Of a stretch of DNA of 35,041 nucleotides, positions 1-8,623 are shown one piece after another. Source of the DNA: a virus. Taxonomy: Duplodnaviria > Heunggongvirae > Uroviricota > Caudoviricetes. The stretch lies in the IMG/VR virus record IMGVR_UViG_2778261545_000002; one strand, 5' to 3'. The position numbers and the translations under genes were made by a program. The notes under the pieces are model-generated. The model searched no databases, was not told where the DNA came from, and saw only the letters and a list, made by a program, of their open reading frames with translations. Numbering within the stretch: position 1 is the first letter of the stretch; every line of letters begins with the position of its first letter.

Positions 1-1362
1 ATGTTTAAACCGGAACTCCTTTCCCCGGCGGGAACGCTGAAAAATATGCGTTACGCTTTCGCTTATGGCGCAGATGCTGTTTATGCGGGCCAGCCGCGTT
101 ATTCCCTGCGTGTGCGCAACAACGAATTCAACCACGAAAATCTTCAGCTCGGCATCAATGAAGCCCACGCGCTGGGGAAAAAGTTTTATGTCGTGGTCAA
201 CATTGCACCGCACAACGCCAAGCTGAAAACCTTTATCCGTGACCTGAAACCGGTGGTGGAAATGGGGCCGGATGCGCTGATTATGTCCGATCCAGGGCTG
301 ATTATGCTGGTGCGTGAGCACTTCCCTGAAATGCCGATCCACCTTTCGGTGCAGGCTAACGCCGTGAACTGGGCGACGGTGAAATTCTGGCAGCAAATGG
401 GCCTGACCCGCGTGATCCTCTCTCGCGAGCTGTCGCTGGAAGAGATTGAAGAGATCCGCAATCAGGTGCCGGATATGGAGATCGAGATCTTCGTTCACGG
501 CGCGCTGTGCATGGCCTACTCCGGTCGCTGCCTGCTCTCTGGCTATATCAACAAGCGCGACCCGAACCAGGGCACCTGCACCAACGCCTGCCGCTGGGAG
601 TACAACGTCCAGGAAGGGAAAGAAGATGATGTTGGCAACATCGTACACAAGTACGAGCCGATTCCGGTGCAAAATGTTGAGCCGACGCTGGGTATCGGCG
701 CACCAACCGACAAAGTGTTTATGATCGAAGAGGCCCAGCGTCCGGGCGAGTATATGACCGCGTTTGAAGATGAGCACGGCACTTACATCATGAACTCGAA
801 AGATCTGCGCGCCATCGCCCATGTAGAACGCCTGACCAAAATGGGCGTGCATTCGCTGAAAATCGAAGGTCGTACCAAATCTTTCTACTATTGTGCACGC
901 ACCGCACAGGTTTACCGCAAAGCTATCGATGACGCCGCTGCGGGAAAACCGTTCGATACCAGCCTGCTGGAAACTCTGGAAGGTCTGGCGCATCGTGGCT
1001 ATACCGAAGGTTTCCTGCGTCGTCATACTCACGACGATTATCAGAACTACGAATACGGTTATTCAGTTTCTGACCGCCAGCAGTTTGTTGGTGAGTTTAC
1101 CGGTGAGCGCAAGGGGGACCTCGCGGCGGTAGCGGTGAAAAATAAATTCTCCGTTGGCGACAGCCTTGAGCTGATGACGCCGCAAGGCAACATTAATTTT
1201 ACCCTTGAGCACATGGAAAACGCCAAAGGCGAAGCTATGCCGATAGCACCAGGCGATGGTTATACTGTGTGGCTCCCGGTCCCGCAGGATCTTGAGCTCA
1301 ATTACGCGCTGCTGATGCGTAATTTCTCCGGGGAAACCACGCGTAATCCCCACGGTAAGTGA
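1..1362 (+). CDS. yegQ: Host peptidase U32-family protein YegQ (TrhP), complete 453 aa
   Basis: ORF starts at ATG at position 1; translation MFKPELLSPAGTLKNMRYAFAYGADAVYAGQPRYSL... matches E. coli YegQ from memory, including length 453 aa. Confidence 0.88.
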   Translation: MFKPELLSPAGTLKNMRYAFAYGADAVYAGQPRYSLRVRNNEFNHENLQLGINEAHALGKKFYVVVNIAPHNAKLKTFIRDLKPVVEMGPDALIMSDPGLIMLVREHFPEMPIHLSVQANAVNWATVKFWQQMGLTRVILSRELSLEEIEEIRNQVPDMEIEIFVHGALCMAYSGRCLLSGYINKRDPNQGTCTNACRWEYNVQEGKEDDVGNIVHKYEPIPVQNVEPTLGIGAPTDKVFMIEEAQRPGEYMTAFEDEHGTYIMNSKDLRAIAHVERLTKMGVHSLKIEGRTKSFYYCARTAQVYRKAIDDAAAGKPFDTSLLETLEGLAHRGYTEGFLRRHTHDDYQNYEYGYSVSDRQQFVGEFTGERKGDLAAVAVKNKFSVGDSLELMTPQGNINFTLEHMENAKGEAMPIAPGDGYTVWLPVPQDLELNYALLMRNFSGETTRNPHGK

Positions 1363-1390
1363 TTAATTTCGATTATTTTTCCCGGATGGA

Positions 1391-1446
1391 AAATTCTTAG
1401 AAACCGATCACATACAGCTGTATTTATTAAGGTTATCATCCGTTTC
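1391..1446 (+). promoter_or_regulatory. Probable cyaR promoter: TCACA half-site at 1408..1412 and -10-like TATCAT at 1434..1439
   Basis: TATCAT lies about 7 nt upstream of the inferred cyaR 5' end (1447). CyaR is known to be CRP-activated, but the CRP site is only a partial match to TGTGA-N6-TCACA. Confidence 0.45.
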
Positions 1447-1533
1447 GCTGAAAAACATAACCCATAAAATGCTAGCTGTACCAGGAACCACCTCCTTAGC
1501 CTGTGTAATCTCCCTTACACGGGCTTATTTTTT
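1447..1533 (+). ncRNA. cyaR: CyaR (RyeE) Hfq-dependent small RNA
   Basis: Sequence GCTGAAAAACATAACCCATAAAATGCTAGCTGTACCAGGAACCACCTCCTTAGCCTGTGTAATCTCCCTTACACGGGCTTATTTTTT matches CyaR as I recall it; ends in a stem-loop plus T6 intrinsic terminator. Confidence 0.85.
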
Positions 1534-1534
1534 A
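1507..1534. repeat. attL core: 28-bp direct repeat AATCTCCCTTACACGGGCTTATTTTTTA (P2-type att core, overlapping the cyaR terminator)
   Basis: Exact 28-bp copy recurs at 34539..34566; its reverse complement matches the remembered 27-bp P2 attP core AAAAAATAAGCCCGTGTAAGGGAGATT. Confidence 0.85.
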
Positions 1535-1597
1535 CGCGTAATACAATGAAATAAAAGGATTTATTTCTGGTCACGTCCACACATTGACCACATCGAC

Positions 1598-1622
1598 AAA
1601 AAAGCCCCTCGACTGAGGGGCT
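1598..1622 (-). terminator. Intrinsic terminator downstream of ogr
   Basis: On the minus strand, an 8-bp GC-rich stem (AGCCCCTC / GAGGGGCT, loop 4 nt) is followed by T6 (plus-strand A-run 1598..1603). Confidence 0.6.
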
Positions 1623-1634
1623 TCCTGTTTGTAA

Positions 1635-1853
1635 TTACATCCACATAATTTGCTGCCCTGACGGCAACGGGTGCGGCCTTACGGCGTGGACTTCTCCCGG
1701 CTTCACGATGTATCGCTGTACCGACTCATAAGTGATGAACGTGGCGCTGCAATTCACGTTCTGGCACTGGTGATAACGCTCTTTTGTCGTGTCAGTGATA
1801 TAGCGACTTGTACGCGCATGTGCGGCATGCTGGCATAAAGGACAATGAAACAT
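1635..1853 (-). CDS. ogr: Ogr late-gene transcription activator, C4 zinc finger (72 aa)
   Basis: MFHCPLCQHAAHARTSRYITDTTKERYHQCQNVNCSATFITYESVQRYIVKPGEVHAVRPHPLPSGQQIMWM matches P2 Ogr; the track ORF (to 1916) has a 21-aa N-terminal extension that I trimmed to the internal Met. Confidence 0.85.
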   Translation of the reverse strand: MFHCPLCQHAAHARTSRYITDTTKERYHQCQNVNCSATFITYESVQRYIVKPGEVHAVRPHPLPSGQQIMWM

Positions 1854-1934
1854 CGCGAGCACCTCTTCCGGTTTTGTTGATGGTGCCATTTTAGTTAATT
1901 TATCCTTATAAAACAAACAGATAAAATAAAAACA

Positions 1935-3098
1935 TCACTCATCATCTTCTGTTTCGTACTCCACATCAGAAAGCCTGACCTCAAGCTCCAAGGACGTCGT
2001 GAAGCCGCTATTATTCAGAAAATGTGTCACCTTAGTGATTGTCCAGTCCTGCTCGTCTATGACGCGCTTAAAGCCTGACACTTTAACCGGTGTTTCCGTG
2101 TAAATATCAGCACGACCGGTAGCCAGACTGATGGAGAACTCCGCAACGCCCCGTTGCAGCTTATCCCACTTCGCCTGAGCGGCGCGCATGGCCTGCGCTT
2201 TCGTGGCATATACCGTGGTCAGGGCAAAAACGTTGTCAGCCTCACCGGCCATGTATTCACCTTCGCGCGCTTCCGGTACTTTTGGCGCTTTCTTCTGCGT
2301 GACCGGTTTCGCTTTCGGGTGCTCCAGTGCGCGCAGGTGTTTTTCTTTCTTTTTGCGTTTCAGTTTTACCTTCTGCTTTTGCGGCTTCGGGTCTTTGGTG
2401 TGTAACCACTTTGCCGTTACGCCGGTGTAAGCTCCACGGTCAGCAATCGCAAAATGATGACGGTCGCCGTCGCTGCGGGTGATGGTAATCTGCGGGATTT
2501 TTTTACCGCTGGCCGTCACCCCCTGCCCCGCTTTGAGAAACAGCAGTTTTCCCATTTTTACCGACACCTCACCGCCGTTGCGTTCTGCAAGACGGGTCAG
2601 AAATTTCGCATCAGACTCCTGCGACTGGTCGATGTGCGGGATTTTAATTCCGGCCAGTGACGGAGCGACACTGGCTTCCAGCCTGTTACGGGAGGCTATC
2701 GCCTCAACAATCGCACCGAGCGTGGTGTCATGCCATGAGCCTTCCCGGCGGGAATTGAGCGTCCCGCGAAAATCTGCACTCCGGGCGCGGATGGTGACCA
2801 CATCCGGTGCGCCCCGGTGTTCAACCTCATCAACGGTAAATTTCCCTTTGCATACCAGGGCAAAACCTTTCCAGCCGATATACACCGTCAGGACAGCGCC
2901 ACGAACCGGCAGCCCGACCTGCCCGTCGGCATCGTTCAGTTCAATATCAAGCTGGTCAGCCTCAAAGCCCCGGTTATCCGTCAGGGTCATGCTCATCAGA
3001 CGGTCGCTGATATTGCCGGTAATATCCCTGCTGTCGAGCATCAGCATGTAATCCGGCGTCAGCGTACTGCCTGCATCAAATGTCAGCGCATCCAGCAT
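1935..3098 (-). CDS. D: Tail protein D (387 aa)
   Basis: Length identical to P2 gpD (387 aa); position between ogr and U; stop/start overlap with U. Confidence 0.85.
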   Translation of the reverse strand: MLDALTFDAGSTLTPDYMLMLDSRDITGNISDRLMSMTLTDNRGFEADQLDIELNDADGQVGLPVRGAVLTVYIGWKGFALVCKGKFTVDEVEHRGAPDVVTIRARSADFRGTLNSRREGSWHDTTLGAIVEAIASRNRLEASVAPSLAGIKIPHIDQSQESDAKFLTRLAERNGGEVSVKMGKLLFLKAGQGVTASGKKIPQITITRSDGDRHHFAIADRGAYTGVTAKWLHTKDPKPQKQKVKLKRKKKEKHLRALEHPKAKPVTQKKAPKVPEAREGEYMAGEADNVFALTTVYATKAQAMRAAQAKWDKLQRGVAEFSISLATGRADIYTETPVKVSGFKRVIDEQDWTITKVTHFLNNSGFTTSLELEVRLSDVEYETEDDE

Positions 3099-3577
3099 TA
3101 TTCCGCCCCCGTCATCCCCGTGAATCTGGTCGCCAGACTGCCAGCCTTACCGATGAGCGACTCCGCCTGTTTACCGATATCGCCATAAAGCGCGGCCAGT
3201 GATTCATCAACGCGGGTGAGTGACAGCGTAAAATCAATTTTCCGGGGTGTGCCGTCTGCAAAGAAAATACTCCCTGTTTCACTCACCCTGCTGATGACAT
3301 ACATGCCGTAAATCATGCCTGTGCCATCCAGCAACGGCCACGCCCGGCCTTCCTCTGCCATCAGCCTGAGCGTGGTCATCGTCAGCTTTCCGCCGGTCAG
3401 TTCAGGATAAAGCACACCGGCAAGCGTGATGTTTTCCTCACCCACACCGAGAAACTGGTAGGCATCCCGTTTACCGATACGGGAATTTGACGGCCAGCGA
3501 TAATCTGATTCACGCTGCATGGTCTGGTGTGGCAGCGTCTGGCGCATAAAAACAAACATACCTAACGCGAGCATCAT
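3098..3577 (-). CDS. U: Tail protein U (159 aa)
   Basis: Length equals P2 gpU; synteny between T and D. Confidence 0.85.
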   Translation of the reverse strand: MMLALGMFVFMRQTLPHQTMQRESDYRWPSNSRIGKRDAYQFLGVGEENITLAGVLYPELTGGKLTMTTLRLMAEEGRAWPLLDGTGMIYGMYVISRVSETGSIFFADGTPRKIDFTLSLTRVDESLAALYGDIGKQAESLIGKAGSLATRFTGMTGAE

Positions 3578-3591
3578 TTTTCGTCACCTCC

Positions 3592-6039
3592 TTAACCGTC
3601 ATGCATCATGCTGGCACGGGCGCGCGCACGTTTATCCCGCTCGTATTTTTCGAGCGCATCCTGTAACTGGCGGTCAAGCTGTGTCTCCGGCGCAGTACCG
3701 CCCGTCAGGCTGATGTGATATTCGTTTTTACTCTGGTCCACATAAGAGCGGCCAGCCGGTGCCGTGACCGGCTGATAAGCCTGATAGCCTGCATAAGAGC
3801 TGGTCGCCGGAATATAACCACCGGTGCCATACGTGGCGGCATTAGTCCTTGCGGCGGTCTGGTCAAGTGTGTCTGACTCTTTGTTGATAACACCGAGTTT
3901 TTCCAGTACCCAGTCAATACCACTGCGCAGTTTGTTGAACGCATTAAGCGGCAGCATCAACGCGTCAGCCAGTGCCTGCCCGAACATGACGCCCGTGTCA
4001 CGGCAACGGTTCAGGGTGTCCTGTGTGGCTTTAACCGGGGCAATCAGGTTTTTAAACCACTGCCACGCGGCCTGTAACTTTTCTCCCAGCCAGTCAAACA
4101 CCGGCTTAAGTGGCGTGAACAGTTCCCCCACCGGCGCAAATGCCGCTTTCAGCCCTTCCACCACACCGCCAAAGAATGCGCTGACAGGCTCCCAGTATTT
4201 ACGGATAAGCAACGCCCCGGCGACAATGGCGGCCACCACAGCCACAACCGGCCAGCTAATCGCCCCGATGGCCGTCATAACGGCACTGCCAACCGTCGTG
4301 AAGATTGCCCCCATTGCGCCTGCTGCCGCGATGATGGCATTGATGCCGGTGATAACCGGCCAGGCTACAAGGCCAATGGCACCGATGATGCCAGTAAGCG
4401 CCAGCGCGCCACCGGCAATGATGCCGATGGTTGACGCCAGTGATTTGTTTTTCTGGATCCAGCCGTCGAGTTTTAACACATACTTTGTGGCTGTCTGCGT
4501 GAGCTTACGCAGCGCGCCTTCCTGCTGGTCAAACAGGTCAGTCCCCACCGCCTCATAAGCGGACTGAAACTCCTTAAAGTCACCGCCGAGGTTATCCTGC
4601 ATGATTTTAACCAGCTCTTCCGTTTTACCGTCCGAGGCTTTCAGCGTGGCGGTCAGCTTATCCAGTTTTCCGCTTGCTGCCGCTGCCAGTAAAACGTTCG
4701 CTGATTTCAGGGCTTCCTCACCAAAAATGGTTTTAAGGTATTCCCCCTTCTGAGACGTTCCCAGCTTGTGTTTATCAAAGCTGGCCTGAATCTCTTTCAG
4801 AATGGTGAATAACGGACGCATATTTCCCTTTTTGTCCGAGGTTTTCACGCCAAGCTCTTTGAGTGCATCCCATGCTTTTCCAGTCGGTGCCTGTAATCGG
4901 GTGACAACGGCACTGCTACCCGTCCCCGCCATTGACCCCCTGATGTTATTGTCATGCAGCACACCTGTCATGGCTGCTGCCTGCTCAAGACTTACACCTG
5001 CCGTCCTCGCAACCGGCCCGAGGTAAGTCAGTGCATCACTGAGTCCCTGAAAATCAGCCGCCGACTTATTCATCGTTGCCGACAACACGTCGCCCACATG
5101 GCTGACATCATCATTTGACAGTTGAAAGGATGCCTTAGTCCCCAGCAACAGTTGCGCGTTTTCTTCCATCGACCGCTGATTCGCCAGTGCCATATTCAGC
5201 GTGACCGGCGTTGCCGCCTGAATAGCCGCAGCATCTCCACCCGCTTTCGCAATGATAATCTGTGCACCGGCTGCATCATCTGCCGAGGCTGCGGTATTGT
5301 CGCCGAGCTGGCGCGCCTGCTTGCGGAGTGCGGTCATTTCGGCGGAGTCTTTTGCCACACCGAGCACAGCCTGTAATTCTGAGTTTTTCTGCGCAAACTC
5401 ATAACCGGGCATCAGCAGCTTAACTCCGGCCATCGTTCCCGCAGCTGCAATCCCCACACCGGCAGCGCCCACTGAGGCCATATTTCCGGCCAGTTCCTTT
5501 CCTGCCTGATAACGCTGTTTGACTGCGTTAAGTTTTACCTGTTGTGCACTGACACGCGCCAGCGCGTCACGCTGACGGTTAAGCTGTGCGGTGGTTTCAC
5601 TGATACGGTTTTTCAGTCCCTGCTCATCATGTGCAAGATTGCGGGTATTAATTCCCACAACGGCCAGTTCCCGCTGCTGGCGTTTAACAGAATCCGTCAG
5701 GCGGTTATATTTCGCCTGTAAGTCCTCCGCCGCACGCTTTGCGGATTCCAGCACTTTCGCCTGAGCACGGGTCGGACGTTCGGTGTTTTTAAACTGTGTG
5801 GCAAGGGCTTCGGCTTCCTGCCGAGCCTTTTCAAGTGCATGACCAGTCACGGCGAGCTGTGCACTGGTCTTGCGAAATCCCTCAATACGGGATGCCTGAC
5901 CGTTCAGCTCGCGCAGTGATTTTTGTGTTTCCCGGATATCCCCCGACAGCGATTTGCTCGCTGTGCGGATGGATTTAAACGGGCGGGATGCCTGGTCAAC
6001 AGCCCTGAGCAATACCTGTAATTTTACATTGTTACTCAT
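3592..6039 (-). CDS. T: Tail tape measure protein T (815 aa)
   Basis: 815 aa as in P2 gpT; Ala/Gly-rich hydrophobic central segment typical of tape measure proteins; synteny. Confidence 0.88.
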   Translation of the reverse strand: MSNNVKLQVLLRAVDQASRPFKSIRTASKSLSGDIRETQKSLRELNGQASRIEGFRKTSAQLAVTGHALEKARQEAEALATQFKNTERPTRAQAKVLESAKRAAEDLQAKYNRLTDSVKRQQRELAVVGINTRNLAHDEQGLKNRISETTAQLNRQRDALARVSAQQVKLNAVKQRYQAGKELAGNMASVGAAGVGIAAAGTMAGVKLLMPGYEFAQKNSELQAVLGVAKDSAEMTALRKQARQLGDNTAASADDAAGAQIIIAKAGGDAAAIQAATPVTLNMALANQRSMEENAQLLLGTKASFQLSNDDVSHVGDVLSATMNKSAADFQGLSDALTYLGPVARTAGVSLEQAAAMTGVLHDNNIRGSMAGTGSSAVVTRLQAPTGKAWDALKELGVKTSDKKGNMRPLFTILKEIQASFDKHKLGTSQKGEYLKTIFGEEALKSANVLLAAAASGKLDKLTATLKASDGKTEELVKIMQDNLGGDFKEFQSAYEAVGTDLFDQQEGALRKLTQTATKYVLKLDGWIQKNKSLASTIGIIAGGALALTGIIGAIGLVAWPVITGINAIIAAAGAMGAIFTTVGSAVMTAIGAISWPVVAVVAAIVAGALLIRKYWEPVSAFFGGVVEGLKAAFAPVGELFTPLKPVFDWLGEKLQAAWQWFKNLIAPVKATQDTLNRCRDTGVMFGQALADALMLPLNAFNKLRSGIDWVLEKLGVINKESDTLDQTAARTNAATYGTGGYIPATSSYAGYQAYQPVTAPAGRSYVDQSKNEYHISLTGGTAPETQLDRQLQDALEKYERDKRARARASMMHDG

Positions 6040-6459
6040 TCGTGTTTCCGCTTCGCCGGAGCGCCTTTTCGCGCCATGTGATGAGTTCGGTCAGGCTCAT
6101 GGGATACAGTTCTGATGGCGGCCAGTGAAATATCACTGCCACATCCGCCATCAGGTCATCGACCGAGAGATTTTTCGGAAACGTCACTGCACCGAGTTCG
6201 GCGACAAAAAACCGACCACCTTACCGGCCAGCGCCACAAGGTCAGGCAGTTCCAGCGCGGCGACCTCCTGTTCGGTCAGCATCGGTGCCGTCATGCGCGG
6301 CAGCACTTTAATCAGTGCATCGACTTCGGAGTTCGCGACCGCAGCCAGACTGACACCGCGCAGCGTCCCGGCATTGGGTTTCATCAGCGTGACCTGTTCG
6401 ATAACCTGCTCACCACGCTTGACCGGATTGTCCAGGGTAATCACATTTTCTTTGTTCAT
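6032..6459 (-). CDS. E: Tail assembly chaperone E (6184..6459, 91 aa) and E+E' fusion made by programmed -1 frameshift at TTTTTTG (plus coords 6205..6211), extending to a stop at 6032..6034
   Basis: E ends ...GKVVGFLSPNSVQ*. The minus-strand heptamer T-TTT-TTG sits in E; the -1 frame continues ...FFVAELGAVTFPKNLSVDDLMADVAVIFHWPPSELYPMSLTELITWREKALRRSGNTNE*, and its stop overlaps the T start (ATGAGTAA), as in P2. Confidence 0.8.
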
Positions 6460-6515
6460 GGTTTTCTCACTTCTGAATCAGGGTTAACCGGTCAGCCAGG
6501 CTGACCGGATGAAAA

Positions 6516-7034
6516 TCACAGGCCGATATTTCGGCGGTGTTGCTCCAGCCGGTCGACGCCGTTCACCTTCTCAATCATGTTGATGGTGTCGATTTCGACC
6601 AGCTCCTTACCGTCCATCGTCAGCCGGAAATAGGTGCAGACCACGGAGATTTTCGACTCGGTGTCTTCTCCCTGTTTACCCTCGCCGGTGTCGATTTCTT
6701 TCTGACGTCCACGCATGACCACTTCGACGGCCACCGTTTCGCCGGTATCGTCGCGCTGGTAAGAGCCTGCAAAACGAATCGGCACGGCATCCACACCGGT
6801 TGCGGCGTAAAGCTCCCAGATAACCGAATCCGGGAAGCCCCCGAGCGACCACTCCATTGACAGCGCATCGTCATCAAGGCCGAGGTCTACCGGTGCGCTG
6901 CCGTTCATCCCCGCACCGCGATAGTTTTCGAGCTTACGGGTCAGTTTTGGCAGCGTGACGGACTTTGCAACGCCCTGATAGCTGTAGCCGTTCAGAAAGA
7001 CGTTCATTAACTTGAGTTTGCGCGGCATTGCCAT
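6516..7034 (-). CDS. FII: Tail tube protein FII (172 aa)
   Basis: Length and position match P2 gpFII. Confidence 0.85.
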   Translation of the reverse strand: MAMPRKLKLMNVFLNGYSYQGVAKSVTLPKLTRKLENYRGAGMNGSAPVDLGLDDDALSMEWSLGGFPDSVIWELYAATGVDAVPIRFAGSYQRDDTGETVAVEVVMRGRQKEIDTGEGKQGEDTESKISVVCTYFRLTMDGKELVEIDTINMIEKVNGVDRLEQHRRNIGL

Positions 7035-7046
7035 CGGTCAGTCTCC

Positions 7047-8237
7047 TTAATTGCTGTTAACCGAAGTGACCAGATTTGCCAGGTATTTATCGGTGATACG
7101 CTGGCGCAGGGTCAGGTTTTCGAGAGGAGGCACCGGGGTATAGTCGTAGTCGATATACAGTTTTCCGGCCTTGAGGGTTTCCGCATCGTTGGATTCTTCG
7201 CTGAACCAGCAGGTCGCATCCACGATATAGCCGTTTGTTTTCAGCTCACGGAATTTGGCATTGATGCCGTCAACGATGTCGCGAATCAGCGTTGCGGTGA
7301 TGGGCTTGTCCACCGCCCACATGTGCGCCTCAGCCATCGTATCGGCCAGCACCTGCGCGGTGCGGGTGTAGTTTTCAAAGAGGAAAAGCGGGTCATCAGA
7401 GCAGGTACGGTTACCCCAGAATCGGAAACCGTCACGGCGAATCAGCGTAGTGACGCCTGACTCGTTAAGCAGGTCAGCATCGGTGCCGGACTCCTGCAAA
7501 TCCCAGAATACAGATGCGCTGATGCCGGTAACACCGTTCACCCCGACATTGGACAGCGTTTTATGCCAGCCCTGCTCCTGGTCGATTCTGGCACGCAGAC
7601 CCAGCGCACGGGCGGTGGCATACGCGGTGGCGGTGGTGCTGGTGACCGTATCCCATGCGAGGAAATCCGGCCAGATGACCATCAGCTCACGCTGGCTGAA
7701 ATTCTGGCGGTAGGCTTTCACCTCGGAAATGGTCTTACAGCCCCATGCGCTGATATACCCGAAAGCGCGCAGCTTCTGACAGACTGATGCCAGTGCAACA
7801 GCCACCTCTTTGGTGTCCAGTCCCGGCACACCGAGAATACGCGGTTTAACACCGGTTACCGACTCCGCCGCCAGCAGGGCTTTCAGTCCGGTGTACTGAC
7901 CGTTTTCGTCGGTGGTGCCGATGATATTGGATACGGTCTGCGCGAGTTTCGTTTCCTCGTCGTCGCCGGTGCCGTCTTCCACACGCACAACAACGGTGAC
8001 CGGTTTTGACTGGTCAGCGATGGCCTGCAACGATGCCGCCAGCGTGCCTTTTTTACCAGCCTTTGCAATTGCACTCTGCACATTGGTAATCAGCACAGGT
8101 TTATTGAGGGGGAAGGTTTCCGCATCCGCATCGCTGGCCGTGCAGACCAAGCCGACAATGGCAGTGGATACGGTGGAAATGACGCGGGTGCCGTCGTTAA
8201 TCTCCAGCACCTGCACGCCGTGATGATAGTCACTCAT
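7047..8237 (-). CDS. FI: Contractile tail sheath protein FI (396 aa)
   Basis: Length and position match P2 gpFI; begins MSDYHHGVQVLEINDGTRVI... Confidence 0.88.
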   Translation of the reverse strand: MSDYHHGVQVLEINDGTRVISTVSTAIVGLVCTASDADAETFPLNKPVLITNVQSAIAKAGKKGTLAASLQAIADQSKPVTVVVRVEDGTGDDEETKLAQTVSNIIGTTDENGQYTGLKALLAAESVTGVKPRILGVPGLDTKEVAVALASVCQKLRAFGYISAWGCKTISEVKAYRQNFSQRELMVIWPDFLAWDTVTSTTATAYATARALGLRARIDQEQGWHKTLSNVGVNGVTGISASVFWDLQESGTDADLLNESGVTTLIRRDGFRFWGNRTCSDDPLFLFENYTRTAQVLADTMAEAHMWAVDKPITATLIRDIVDGINAKFRELKTNGYIVDATCWFSEESNDAETLKAGKLYIDYDYTPVPPLENLTLRQRITDKYLANLVTSVNSN

Positions 8238-8424
8238 CCGTTTAACTCCGTGGTTAATGGGTGCAACTATTTTCTGTTGGGCAGTGCATGAGACGCTATT
8301 TGACCTGGCTGGTCAGTGGATGAAACAACAGACAAAGAAAAAGCGGGTAATCCGCCTGCCTGTCATGATTTGCACTCACTCATTTTCCAACTGACAATTT
8401 ACATAGCCCAAACGCTATCAAATC

Positions 8425-8454
8425 TGACAGTCTGCTTTGAGCGAGGAGCAGACT
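8425..8454. repeat. Hairpin-forming element, left copy (8-bp stem AGTCTGCT/AGCAGACT, 10-nt loop), at the left GC-to-AT boundary of the cargo island
   Basis: Inverted repeat read directly; 23 of 30 positions identical to the copy at 10529..10558, with a compensatory stem change. Confidence 0.6.
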
Positions 8455-8623
8455 TAACCTTTTAGAGTGTAATTTTCCAAGAAATATAGCATTATCAAAT
8501 TAGCAAAAGGCATTAGATGATTTTATATTCATTTCATTAGCCGCAAGTTAGGTATGGACCGATGAGAGATGATTACAGAAATCAGTCGGATCATTTTACA
8601 GTACTTTATGAGTGTGGATTGCT

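Noticed and set aside
1635-1916. N-terminally extended track ORFs for ogr, X, L, O, P, C, A and orf91
   Set aside because: Extensions upstream of the internal Met would exceed known P2 protein lengths, and the internal starts give exact length matches, so coordinates were trimmed.
3824-4558. Long antisense ORFs in the six-frame track inside phage genes (e.g. 3824..4558, 2479..3051, 13266..13976, 13780..14391, 19425..20024, 22362..23072)
   Set aside because: They lie opposite or out of frame to well-supported P2 homologues in GC-rich DNA where stop codons are rare, with low-complexity Ala/Pro/Arg-rich translations. Treated as shadow ORFs.
6115-6504. Plus-strand ORFs 6115..6504 and 6125..6487 overlapping E
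   Set aside because: Antisense to E and E', which are supported by synteny and the frameshift signal; no independent evidence.
8238-8424. Search for Ogr-dependent late promoter dyads (TGT-N12-ACA) upstream of FI, V (15895..15960) and in the O/P divergent region (22162..22334)
   Set aside because: Only near-matches found (e.g. TGT-N12-TCA at 8361..8378). Late promoters are expected here by synteny, but I could not support specific coordinates from the sequence alone.
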